In this document: piece after piece, positions 1 to 7,978 of the stretch
Numbering within the stretch: position 1 is the stretch's first letter
Layout: every line of letters begins with the position of its first letter
Assembly (NCBI GenBank): GCA_964594835.1
Contig: CAZQNA010000003.1
Location: forward strand, 1 to 64,000
Origin: an uncultured Nitrososphaerota archaeon
GTDB taxonomy: Archaea > Korarchaeota > Korarchaeia > Korarchaeales > Korarchaeaceae
DNA: 64,000 nt
Direction of reading: 5' to 3'
The notes under the pieces: generated by a model
Databases searched by the model: none
What the model was told of the DNA's origin: nothing
Seen by the model: only the letters and a program-made list of their open reading frames with translations
Translations under genes and position numbers: made by a program

Positions 1-134
1 TGCTCACCTACTACGAGTTCAAGCACCCCATCTCCGACAGGCTGACCGACGAGTCGTGGAGGGAGATGCTCGTCCAGCGTCCGCCCGATTTCCCGATCTG
101 GATCTCCGACCTCTACGCTGAGAACTGGTGTTAA
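1..134 (+). CDS. 3' end of a DUF3160-family protein (partial)
   Basis: Frame from nt 3 reads LTYYEFKHPISDRLTDESWREMLVQRPPDFPIWISDLYAENWC*. YYEF..RLTDE.W is the typical DUF3160 C-terminal motif. TAA at 132-134. Confidence 0.75.
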   Translation, partial: LTYYEFKHPISDRLTDESWREMLVQRPPDFPIWISDLYAENWC

Positions 135-189
135 AAGAATCTAACGCCCCTAGCACAGTCGCCCGACCAATGGCTAAGCCTTTCAGGGC

Positions 190-210
190 CCTTTTTTCTT
201 CTCTTCTTCC
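190..210 (+). terminator. Archaeal pyrimidine/T-rich terminator candidate
   Basis: CCTTTTTTCTTCTCTTCTTCC about 55 nt after the DUF3160 stop. Confidence 0.4.
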
Positions 211-506
211 AGCCTCTACTCTTGAGTGCTCACGTAAGGCGTCATGATCGACGTATAATTCAACTTAGGCGACACAATTCGATGAATATCCAAAGATCTT
301 TTATATATAATGTTGAACGCTGCACCCAGATATCCCATGTATTCAGGAGCCTGGAGGGACATGGTGCTCAGAGGACCTGAGGTGGAGCGCATGTACGGAT
401 CTTGGGGCAGGGCCAGAATGCGCACCTACCGTCGCTCCAGCTGTGGCAAGCAATACCAGTCCTCATCCACTCTGTGTTCAGGAAAAGGTAGCGGGGGGTG
501 GCATTA

Positions 507-1337
507 ATGGATAAAGAACTTCCCTTCTGGGTGCTAGTTGGCCTAGCTGCTGTCCCCTTTGCCCTCGGCCCGCTAGTGGCCATCTTGAACCTTGGGGCTT
601 CCGCCCCCTTCGCCTTACTCGCGTCCCTAGCGGCCTCGGCTCTCCTTGCGGTTCTTGCCGCGGTGACCCGCAGGAGCCTACTCATAGCTATCGCCCTCAC
701 TATCCCTCTGATTGCGCACGCGGCACTCGTTCCGAGGCCTCCCCCCACCGACTGGGACTTCTACTCAGTCTTTGTTTACGAGAACAGAGAGTTCCCCATC
801 CCGAGGAGGGCCGGATTCCAGAAGTGGGTCCGCAGCATGCCAGGGAGGCCAGTGTCCATTCAGATAGTCGTAGAACCCCCAGAGGGGTGGGAAGGAGAGG
901 TCAGGGTCGAGTGGAGGCTAGCCAGCGGTGACGAGGTACTCTGGATGGGCGAGGAGTCGATCACCCCGTCTGAGCCAGTTTCTATCGTGGCGGAGGCCAG
1001 CCCAGAGGTTCTAGAGAAGTTGGGGCAGGGCGTGGAAGCGATAGTCCTGGATATCTGGGGAGAAGGACGCCTCCCGAATGGAACGACTCTGTTCGTCGCC
1101 GACTACAGGGGCGTTGCCAATGTCTTCTATGACCAAGACGGGAGGATTCGGCTAGTTCAACTAAAGCTCCCCAGAGGTCCGATAGAACCCCACGCGGCGC
1201 TGCCGACTCCATCCGAGTTGATTGGAGACTGGACCGTTGAGTGGATAGGGTTCGCTGGGAGCTTAGTGGATGTGACAGGAGTGGCATTCGCGGCTGGGGC
1301 GGTACTCTATAGAGCCTTTAGGGGGAGGCGGAGATGA
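507..1337 (+). CDS. Hypothetical membrane protein (N-terminal TM helices, soluble domain, C-terminal TM)
   Basis: ORF of about 276 aa from ATG 507 with hydrophobic N-terminus and C-terminal TM plus basic tail (LYRAFRGRRR). Overlaps the next gene at ATGA. Confidence 0.75.
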   Translation: MDKELPFWVLVGLAAVPFALGPLVAILNLGASAPFALLASLAASALLAVLAAVTRRSLLIAIALTIPLIAHAALVPRPPPTDWDFYSVFVYENREFPIPRRAGFQKWVRSMPGRPVSIQIVVEPPEGWEGEVRVEWRLASGDEVLWMGEESITPSEPVSIVAEASPEVLEKLGQGVEAIVLDIWGEGRLPNGTTLFVADYRGVANVFYDQDGRIRLVQLKLPRGPIEPHAALPTPSELIGDWTVEWIGFAGSLVDVTGVAFAAGAVLYRAFRGRRR

Positions 1338-1993
1338 GGCGCCCCGCCCTCCTTCTGCTCGCCTTGCTGTGGGTTCCTATGGTGTTAGGAACGCAAGCCC
1401 AGACCGCGATAGTTTCGCCTACACAGGTAGAAATCCAAGTCCGTTGGGATGGCTTGACATTCTTCAACCTGACCATAGAAGGCGAGAACCTGACCGTGAA
1501 CCTGAGCGGATTTCCCGACGCTATATGGCCCCTCGACGCAGCCTATGCCGAGAACGCCAGTGTCACACTGGTGAACTACATAGGCAACGTGACTGGGTGG
1601 GTCAACGGCAGCTACTACTGGTCTCTAGGTTTAGAGGAGGTCACCGAGGCGGAGCGCAGGGACGGGATACGCGCTCACCACCGCTCCAGCGATGGGAAGT
1701 GGCAGTACCGCCTGCACTCGGAGCCATGGATAGTGGTGAGGCCCTGCTGTTCGGCCTCATAGGGTTGCTGGGGGTCTTTGGTTCACCTACACGGAACTGT
1801 GGAACTTGTCGGAACTGTTCGACAGGAAGGCCCGAACGGAGATTCTCAGACGACTCTTAGCGGGAGGAAATGGGGAATGTTCTGGAAGCTAGCTGGCGCC
1901 GCGACCTGGATATGCCCGCTCATCCTGTTCCTTTATCTCACGTGGAGGGATAGGAACAAGATGGGAGGTGTTGGGAGTGGGCAAGAGGCATAG
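1334..1993 (+). pseudogene. Exported/membrane protein broken by three apparent single-G deletions (or sequencing errors)
   Basis: Signal peptide MRRPALLLLALLW and several N-X-S/T sequons. In-frame TAG at 1760-1762. Adding one G at each of the runs 1740-41, 1770-74 and 1862-64 gives a continuous protein with two TM helices ending at TAG 1993. Confidence 0.6.
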
Positions 1994-2720
1994 GCCTTCG
2001 GGGTTGGATGTTCTCTTCTGGATTCTATACGCAACTGCATGGAACCTAGTCTTGGGGGCGGATCGGCTCCACGCGGTGGTTCCAGCGGAGGAGATCCCCT
2101 CTACTGCCCCGTCCTTCTCTCTCACGCTGGCACTCGTCCTCCTCGCGGCGGGAGCCGGAGGCGCCCTGGGATCTTGGCTGAGAATTGGTCGCCTGAAGGT
2201 CATGGCCCTCCTACTCACTCTCTTGGTGATAGGGGGAGGAACCTACTCTATAGTGGCCTCTCCAGCCCCGCGGCTGTTTGTCCTCCATCGGGCGGGTGGG
2301 TCTGAAGAGATTCTAGAGGAAGGCCTTCGCACGCTGAGCGGGGGAAGGCTCGCAATAGTGTACTCCGCTGAGCCAGAGACAGATGCTTGTGTGGCATTTG
2401 AATTGGGTGAAAACCCTTCGTGCGATTTCCCACAGATGAAGAGCAACTTGGCGGGAGTCCCACAGAACTGGACTATCGGGGAGATAGTGCTGAGCGAGAT
2501 CCACACTCAAGCGCGCTTCTGCGCTGAAGTCGAGGATAGGTTCCTCAAGGAGAGGTACCAGGTGCGGGGCGTGGTCTATCCACTCGATGGGTTTTGGAGG
2601 CTGAACATCCACTACAGCTGGGAGGACACTGAGGCATCCTTCGCGGTCTGGGTGGCAGCAGCTTCTGTGATCGCCAGCACGATCTTAGGCTATTTAGTTG
2701 AGAAGAAGTTGAAGAAGTGA
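1968..2720 (+). CDS. Hypothetical membrane protein (3 N-terminal TM, extracellular domain, C-terminal TM)
   Basis: 250-aa ORF (start may be GTG 1977) with hydrophobic segments and C-terminal TM + KKLKK. Confidence 0.75.
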   Translation: MLGVGKRHRPSGLDVLFWILYATAWNLVLGADRLHAVVPAEEIPSTAPSFSLTLALVLLAAGAGGALGSWLRIGRLKVMALLLTLLVIGGGTYSIVASPAPRLFVLHRAGGSEEILEEGLRTLSGGRLAIVYSAEPETDACVAFELGENPSCDFPQMKSNLAGVPQNWTIGEIVLSEIHTQARFCAEVEDRFLKERYQVRGVVYPLDGFWRLNIHYSWEDTEASFAVWVAAASVIASTILGYLVEKKLKK

Positions 2721-2847
2721 GGCACTTTGTCTTATTTGCTTGCATTGATGCCAAAAAACTTGAAGTCTGATGACGGACTCCATTTCTTTCGACCTCTTTG
2801 ATCAGTTGGAATAAGAAGAGAATAAGGTTATCGTTTGAAAATTATAA

Positions 2848-3846
2848 TTAGCTCATTATTAATCTAACTTTTTCAGGTCTGAAGAGAACCTTTTCTTCCT
2901 CCGGTGGTTCGGAAAGGACAAGCTCGACCTCCTGTCCGTTAACGCTGGCCTTCACCCTGTGGGCGGACCTGGATCTCGACACTGCCATCACTCTGCCGAT
3001 CACGCCGTCTCCCGCGAGCTTTACCTCCTCGGGGTAGAAAGCCACCTTCACCTCCTCTCGTTCGATCCCCTCAAGCCTGATTCGGAATCTGTCGATTGCG
3101 TAGACCCCCTCCTCGACTCTTCTTAGCGAGAGGACGTTGGCCCCTAGGAACCTGGCTACGAACTCTATTCTCGGGTCGTCCACCACCTCGCCAGCGGGTC
3201 CCTCCCTCAGGATCCCGCCGGCCCTCATCACCGCCAGCCTGTCCGCTATGGCCAGGGCCTCAGCCTGGTCGTGGGTCACGTGAATGGCCGTGAACTCCCT
3301 CTCGGCGTGGAGCCTCCTGACCTCCCAGAGGAGCTCCTCCCTGAGCCTGGCGTCGAGGGCCCCGAAGGGCTCGTCCAGGAGGAGGACCCTGGGCTCGGGG
3401 GCGAGCGCCCTGGCTATGGCAACCCTCTGCTGCTGCCCACCGGAGAGCTGGTGCGGGTACCTCGACTCGAGGCCCTCGAGCCTCAGGAGCCTCAGGTACT
3501 CCCTCGCCCTGCGCCTGGCCTCGACCCCCTCCACCCCCCTGGCGACCAGCCCGAAGGCCACGTTGTCCAGGACGGTCATGTGGGGGAACAGCGCAAGGTC
3601 TTGGAACACCATGCCGACGTTCCTCTCCCTGGGGGGCACCTCCGTCACGTCGACCCCGTCGAACAGAACCCTCCCCGAGTCGGGCCTCTCCAGGCCCGCG
3701 ACCACCCTCAGCATTGTGGTCTTGCCGCACCCGCTGGGGCCCAGCACCGCCGTGACGGCCCCCTCCGGGACCCTGAGGGAGACGGAGTCCAGCGCGACGA
3801 CATCGCCGAACCTCTTGCTCACCGACCTCAGCTCGACCTCAACCAC
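2848..3846 (-). CDS. thiQ: Thiamine ABC transporter ATP-binding subunit
   Basis: Walker A GPSGCGKT, signature LSGGQQQRVA, LLLDEP, C-terminal TOBE-like region. Real start is GTG 3846 (VVEVELRSVSK) inside the longer ORF. Last gene of the operon. Confidence 0.88.
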   Translation of the reverse strand: MVEVELRSVSKRFGDVVALDSVSLRVPEGAVTAVLGPSGCGKTTMLRVVAGLERPDSGRVLFDGVDVTEVPPRERNVGMVFQDLALFPHMTVLDNVAFGLVARGVEGVEARRRAREYLRLLRLEGLESRYPHQLSGGQQQRVAIARALAPEPRVLLLDEPFGALDARLREELLWEVRRLHAEREFTAIHVTHDQAEALAIADRLAVMRAGGILREGPAGEVVDDPRIEFVARFLGANVLSLRRVEEGVYAIDRFRIRLEGIEREEVKVAFYPEEVKLAGDGVIGRVMAVSRSRSAHRVKASVNGQEVELVLSEPPEEEKVLFRPEKVRLIMS

Positions 3847-5429
3847 CTCATCCTCCCCTCCACGATCTGCTTGGCCCAGAGCGCCCCCCAGGTCAGCAGG
3901 GCGACGAGAGACGAGACCGCCGCGGCCTCCTGGAACCTCCTCACCCCGGCGTACCTCAGGGCCACCACGGTCAGGGTCTGCGTCGCCGGGGAGGCCAGCA
4001 GGGTGCTGGCCGCGGTCTCCGAGAGCGAGAGGGCGAGGGCGTAGAACGCGCCCGAGAGCACCGCCGGGGCAGCGGCCGGCAGGAGGACCCTGAAGGTGGC
4101 GTCCAGCCTGCTGAGGCCCAGGGTCTCTGCGGCGTCCAGCAGGCTCTCCGACAGCCCCGAGACGCCGGACTCCACGGCCCTCATGGCGAAGGGCGCCGCG
4201 ATCAGGACGTGGCTGGCGGCGATGAGGGCCCAGCCCGGGGCACCCAGCCTGAGGCCGAGGGCATAGAGCCCTAGGGCGGCCGTGATGGACGAGGTCCCCA
4301 GGGGGAGTGAGGAGACCTCCAGCGCCAGCGACCTGGCCCTGGGGGGCGCCGACGCCACCAAGGCGGCGAGGGAGAGGGTGACTATGGCAGTCACGGCGGC
4401 GAAGAAGGCGCTGTTGAGGAGACCCCTGGCGGGCATGGTCCCGAGGGAGGCGTCGTAGGCTGTCGAGAGGATCCTGGAGTAGACCGAGGGGTCGAACCTG
4501 TCGGTCAGCGGGTCGAAGAGCGAGCGGGCGACCAGGTATGCGACTGGGTAGACCGCGACGGCGGCGGAGGCGTACGCGTAGAGCGCGCCCAGGGGCGCCC
4601 AGGACCCCCTCAGGGGCCTCCGCCTCCTGATCTCCCCCGCTGCCCCCAGGGACGACCACCTCAGCGAAGCCCACGCAACGGCCATCGTGGCCGCCAGCTG
4701 AATCAGAGCGGCGGCGGAGGCGCGCTCGGTGTCCAGGAACACCTTGTACAGGGAGTAGATCTCGACCTCGAGCGTCCTGTACCTGGGTCCCCCCAGGAGG
4801 AGCGGTATGGCGAAGCTGGTGAAGCTCAGGGCGAACGTGAGGGAGAAGCCTGCCGCGACCCCCCTCAGGGCGAGGGGGAGCGTGATCCTGAAGAACCTCG
4901 TCAGAGGCCCGGCGCCGAGGGTCTCGGCCGCCTCCTCGAGCCTCACCCCCACGGCCCCCAGGGAGGCGGAGATCATCTGGGCGCAGACGCCGAAGTTGAA
5001 GTAGGCGTGGGCCAGGACTATGGCTGGCCAGCCCTGCGGCACGAGGCCAGCCCTCGCGAGGAGCAGGAAGGCCAGGGCCACGGAGACCGTGGGAAGAGTG
5101 AATGGGAGGGCCACGAGGCTCTCCACGAGACCCCTGCCCGGATACTCATAGGTCGAGTTGAGGTAGGCGAGGGGCAGGGCGAACAGGACGGCCGCGCCCG
5201 CGCTGGCGAGGGCCTGGAGGAGGGAGAACCTCAGGGACCTCAGGACGACGGGGTCGGTTGCGGCTTCGGCCAGGGCTCGGAGCCCCTCGACCAGCAGCGC
5301 CCCCGCCGAGGAGGTCCACAGTGAAAAGAGCAGGGCGGAGGCGAGGAGGGCCGGGAGCCAGTCTCCCGCATCCCATCCCAGCCGACCGCCCTTGGGGAAC
5401 ACGCGTATCGCCTTTCCCGCCTCTGCCAA
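3828..5429 (-). CDS. thiP: Thiamine ABC transporter permease (duplicated TM domain)
   Basis: 533 aa with two EAA loops (LEEAAETLGA, LLDAAETLGL), between the binding protein and the ATPase. Confidence 0.88.
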   Translation of the reverse strand: MAEAGKAIRVFPKGGRLGWDAGDWLPALLASALLFSLWTSSAGALLVEGLRALAEAATDPVVLRSLRFSLLQALASAGAAVLFALPLAYLNSTYEYPGRGLVESLVALPFTLPTVSVALAFLLLARAGLVPQGWPAIVLAHAYFNFGVCAQMISASLGAVGVRLEEAAETLGAGPLTRFFRITLPLALRGVAAGFSLTFALSFTSFAIPLLLGGPRYRTLEVEIYSLYKVFLDTERASAAALIQLAATMAVAWASLRWSSLGAAGEIRRRRPLRGSWAPLGALYAYASAAVAVYPVAYLVARSLFDPLTDRFDPSVYSRILSTAYDASLGTMPARGLLNSAFFAAVTAIVTLSLAALVASAPPRARSLALEVSSLPLGTSSITAALGLYALGLRLGAPGWALIAASHVLIAAPFAMRAVESGVSGLSESLLDAAETLGLSRLDATFRVLLPAAAPAVLSGAFYALALSLSETAASTLLASPATQTLTVVALRYAGVRRFQEAAAVSSLVALLTWGALWAKQIVEGRMRWLRSS

Positions 5430-5430
5430 G

Positions 5431-6540
5431 TTAGGATCCCACGGCCCTCCTCCACTCGTCGAGCCACTGCTTAAGGTTGGCCGCCACCTCTTGGGGGGAC
5501 AGGACCTCGTTCATAAGCTTGATCTTAGTGGGATCGATGGCGTACTGCACGTACTCCGGCGGGAGCTGGACGTTCTTGTTGGCGGGGTACATCCAGTTGT
5601 TCAGCGGTATGATCCTCTGCACGTCTGGGCTGAGGAAGAATTCGATGAACTCCTCGGCCAGCTCCCTGTGCGGCGCGCCCTTCACCAGGCCTATGCCCTC
5701 TATCTGGAGCCACCCCCACTGCTCGCCGTCGTGGGTCACCAGCGTCGCCCTGTACCTCGTCTCCTGGTAGAAGTGATAGGAGTAGGCCCCGTCGGTCCCG
5801 TAGCTCACCACTATAGGCCTGCCCTGGGCCTCGTCAAGGAAGACGTCATAGGCGTCTCCCCAGCTCCCCGCCACCAGGAGGCCGTTGTCAATAGCCCGGG
5901 TCCACCAGTCCCTCCAGTCCCCGCCGGTCATCTTGTAGTAGGCGATCTGCCAGAGCAGGAAGCCGAGTCCGGTGCTGCTGACGGTCGGGTCCTCCGCGAC
6001 CAGCTTGGAGGCGTACTCCGGCTTGGCCAGGTCGTCGAAGGTGAGCCCGCTCATCTCCCCCTCCGAGATGCGCTGGCCGTCGTACACCAGGGCGATGAGG
6101 CCGTAGTCGTAGGGCACCACGTGGTGCGTCGGGTCGAGGGAGCTGACCAGCCAGTCGTGCACCTCGTCTAGGTTGCCTGGTGTGTAGGGCTCGAGCACTC
6201 CTGCCTCGATGGCCTCGTGTATGAGCACGTTGTCTATCCCTATGATCACATCCGCCTGCGGGTTTCCCTTCTCCTGGATCAGGGCCAGCAGCGCGGACCT
6301 CGCGTCGTCGAACTCCCTGACCTCGACCTCACAGTTGTACCTGCGCTCGAACTCGCCGTAGACCGCGTCTAGCGTGGCGTTGGGGTCGTCTCCCCACTTG
6401 AGCAGGCTCTCGTATGTGTAGATCACCAGCCTCCTCTCGGCCTCAGTCTCGCCGGACCTCTGCAGGGCCACGTACGCGGCGGCCAGCAACACCACCGCCG
6501 CCAGCGCGAGGGCCAAGATCCGGCCGGCAGTCCACCTCAC
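5431..6540 (-). CDS. thiB: Thiamine ABC transporter substrate-binding protein (TbpA/ThiB)
   Basis: LVIYTYESLLKWG, ADVIIGIDN, PYDYG, DPTVSSTG, SYGTD, QIEG, NWMYP motifs of TbpA. N-terminal TM anchor from GTG 6540. TPP riboswitch upstream. Confidence 0.9.
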   Translation of the reverse strand: MRWTAGRILALALAAVVLLAAAYVALQRSGETEAERRLVIYTYESLLKWGDDPNATLDAVYGEFERRYNCEVEVREFDDARSALLALIQEKGNPQADVIIGIDNVLIHEAIEAGVLEPYTPGNLDEVHDWLVSSLDPTHHVVPYDYGLIALVYDGQRISEGEMSGLTFDDLAKPEYASKLVAEDPTVSSTGLGFLLWQIAYYKMTGGDWRDWWTRAIDNGLLVAGSWGDAYDVFLDEAQGRPIVVSYGTDGAYSYHFYQETRYRATLVTHDGEQWGWLQIEGIGLVKGAPHRELAEEFIEFFLSPDVQRIIPLNNWMYPANKNVQLPPEYVQYAIDPTKIKLMNEVLSPQEVAANLKQWLDEWRRAVGS

Positions 6541-6599
6541 ACCATACCCCCTCCCGGCAGACACCGGAGGGGCCGCGGGAGTCGGCATAAGGAGGTGCC

Positions 6600-6703
6600 G
6601 CGGGCACGCTCCCTACGCCGGCATTACCCGGATCAGGTTCCAGGGGTCGGCGGCGCGCTAGCCGCCCTCTCAGCCGGGTTGCCCCAGCTCCCCCGGTGCC
6701 CGC
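6600..6703 (-). ncRNA. TPP riboswitch aptamer (THI box)
   Basis: Minus strand reads GCGGGCAC-C-GGGGGAGC...GCUGAGA...GACCCCUG-GAACCUGAU-CCGG-GUAAUG-CCGG-CGUAGG-GAGC-GUGCCCGC. It has the CUGAGA and CCUGAU..UAAUG..GCGUAGG signatures and an 8-bp P1, and sits upstream of thiB. Confidence 0.95.
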
Positions 6704-6725
6704 CGGGCCCCCGCGTCGGGAGATG

Positions 6726-6738
6726 TATAAATCGTTTA
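6726..6738 (-). promoter_or_regulatory. BRE/TATA promoter of the riboswitch-thiBPQ transcript
   Basis: Minus strand TAAACGA-TTTATA about 23 nt upstream of the aptamer 5' end. Confidence 0.7.
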
Positions 6739-7068
6739 CACTTACCTGGAGGACGTCCGCTCGCTCCCTCTCATCCACCGCCCCCGTGCGGATCGACGTT
6801 AGGTCCCACCATCAGCCCTGTGGGAGGAGTTTACTTCGACAGGGACTGGGAGGGAGGGGTTCAACGCCCTTAGGAGTCCCTACAAGTCGGGTTGGCCTGT
6901 GACTTCGGATCACCATCCAGTCCGTCGGAGGTGGGGGGTCCTTCGAAGGGGGGCGGTCTATAAGGCTGGAGAGATTGACGGAGATCGGAGGGCGTGGGCC
7001 ACTCTGAGTGCCGATGGATTTAATGGGGTTAATGGGAAGGGGCAGCGGGCGGGGCAGAGTTCTGGCGC

Positions 7069-7674
7069 GTGGTGAGGGTCTTGGGTGTTGAAGAGCGAGT
7101 TGAGGAGATGAGGAGGGCTTTTGAGGAAGAAATCGCCGAAGAGCTGGCCCAGGAGCCCGATCTGACTAAGAGAATCCTGACCTTTCTATCCTGGCTGAAC
7201 GAGTACCTCGAGGCCCAGGGTCTGGGCAGGCTAATCCTCGTAGGCGGCTTTGCGGTGGAGGTGTACACGGGATCGACCTACAGGACCCTGGATGTCGACA
7301 TAGTCGTCACGGGCGGGGCCGGTCTCGTGAGGTCCTTCCTCGACGCGATAGCCGACAGGACGGGGAGAACCTGGGTTCCCAGGCTTCGCCCCCTCGCCAA
7401 GAAGGGGATCGACCTGGTCGGGACCGTCCTCACCGGAGAAAAGAGGCCCGTGGAGCTGAGGATAAGGGGGAGGAGGCTGTACGTGGAGGCGCCCGAGGAT
7501 CTGATTGTAAAGTCTCTGGCGGGCTGGAAGTTCTGGAACTCTGAAGAGGATAGAGATAAGGCCATCCTGCTCTTGGAGGCTCTCCGGGGGCGCATAGATC
7601 TCGATTACCTGAGGAGAAGGGCTAGAGAGGAGGGAGTCCTCGACAAGCTAGAGGAGGCGGAGGGCGTTGCCTGA
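7069..7674 (+). CDS. Nucleotidyltransferase (DUF6036/AbiEii-like Pol-beta superfamily)
   Basis: ILVGGFAV..Y....RTLDVDIV (GG..DxD motif), plus PEDLIVK and DRD motifs. Confidence 0.8.
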   Translation: MVRVLGVEERVEEMRRAFEEEIAEELAQEPDLTKRILTFLSWLNEYLEAQGLGRLILVGGFAVEVYTGSTYRTLDVDIVVTGGAGLVRSFLDAIADRTGRTWVPRLRPLAKKGIDLVGTVLTGEKRPVELRIRGRRLYVEAPEDLIVKSLAGWKFWNSEEDRDKAILLLEALRGRIDLDYLRRRAREEGVLDKLEEAEGVA

Positions 7675-7942
7675 GGAAGGCGGGCTCCAAGTCGTGGACT
7701 GGGATGAGCTCGAGTCCTCGAGGGATGAGGGGGCCCTGAGGAAGGCCCTCCTGGCCAGGGAGAGGGGGAGGCTCAGGGGGTCTAGGAGGAGCCTGAGTGA
7801 CGTGAGGAGGCTTGGAGAGCTGGCAAGGCTCATTTTGGCGGAGATGGAGGAGAGAGGAGAGATCTCTTTCTTACTTGACGAGATGGGGGCGATAAGGGCT
7901 GTGTACATTGGGTCTCGCCCCTCAGGACGGAGCGAACGCTGA
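7667..7942 (+). CDS. Small hypothetical protein, putative partner of the nucleotidyltransferase
   Basis: 91-aa charged ORF overlapping the NTase stop by 8 nt (TTG start, GGAGGG upstream). Confidence 0.65.
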   Translation: MPEEGGLQVVDWDELESSRDEGALRKALLARERGRLRGSRRSLSDVRRLGELARLILAEMEERGEISFLLDEMGAIRAVYIGSRPSGRSER

Positions 7943-7978
7943 CCCAGGCCGGAGTTTTAACGATCGACCCGCGCCGGG

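Noticed and set aside
216-507. Short ORFs 310-507(+), 216-425(-) and a Cys-rich minus-strand peptide (MRTGIACHSWSDGRC...)
   Set aside because: No recognisable motif, the ORFs overlap one another, and no modifying enzymes are nearby; none can be supported.
1760-1762. Pyrrolysine or amber readthrough at the in-frame TAG
   Set aside because: The sequence around the stop reads poorly in that frame, three homopolymer indels give a better protein, and no pyl genes are in the window.
3847-4674. N-terminal extension of the 608-aa ABC ATPase ORF
   Set aside because: It is an alternative frame overlapping thiP; the real start is GTG 3846.
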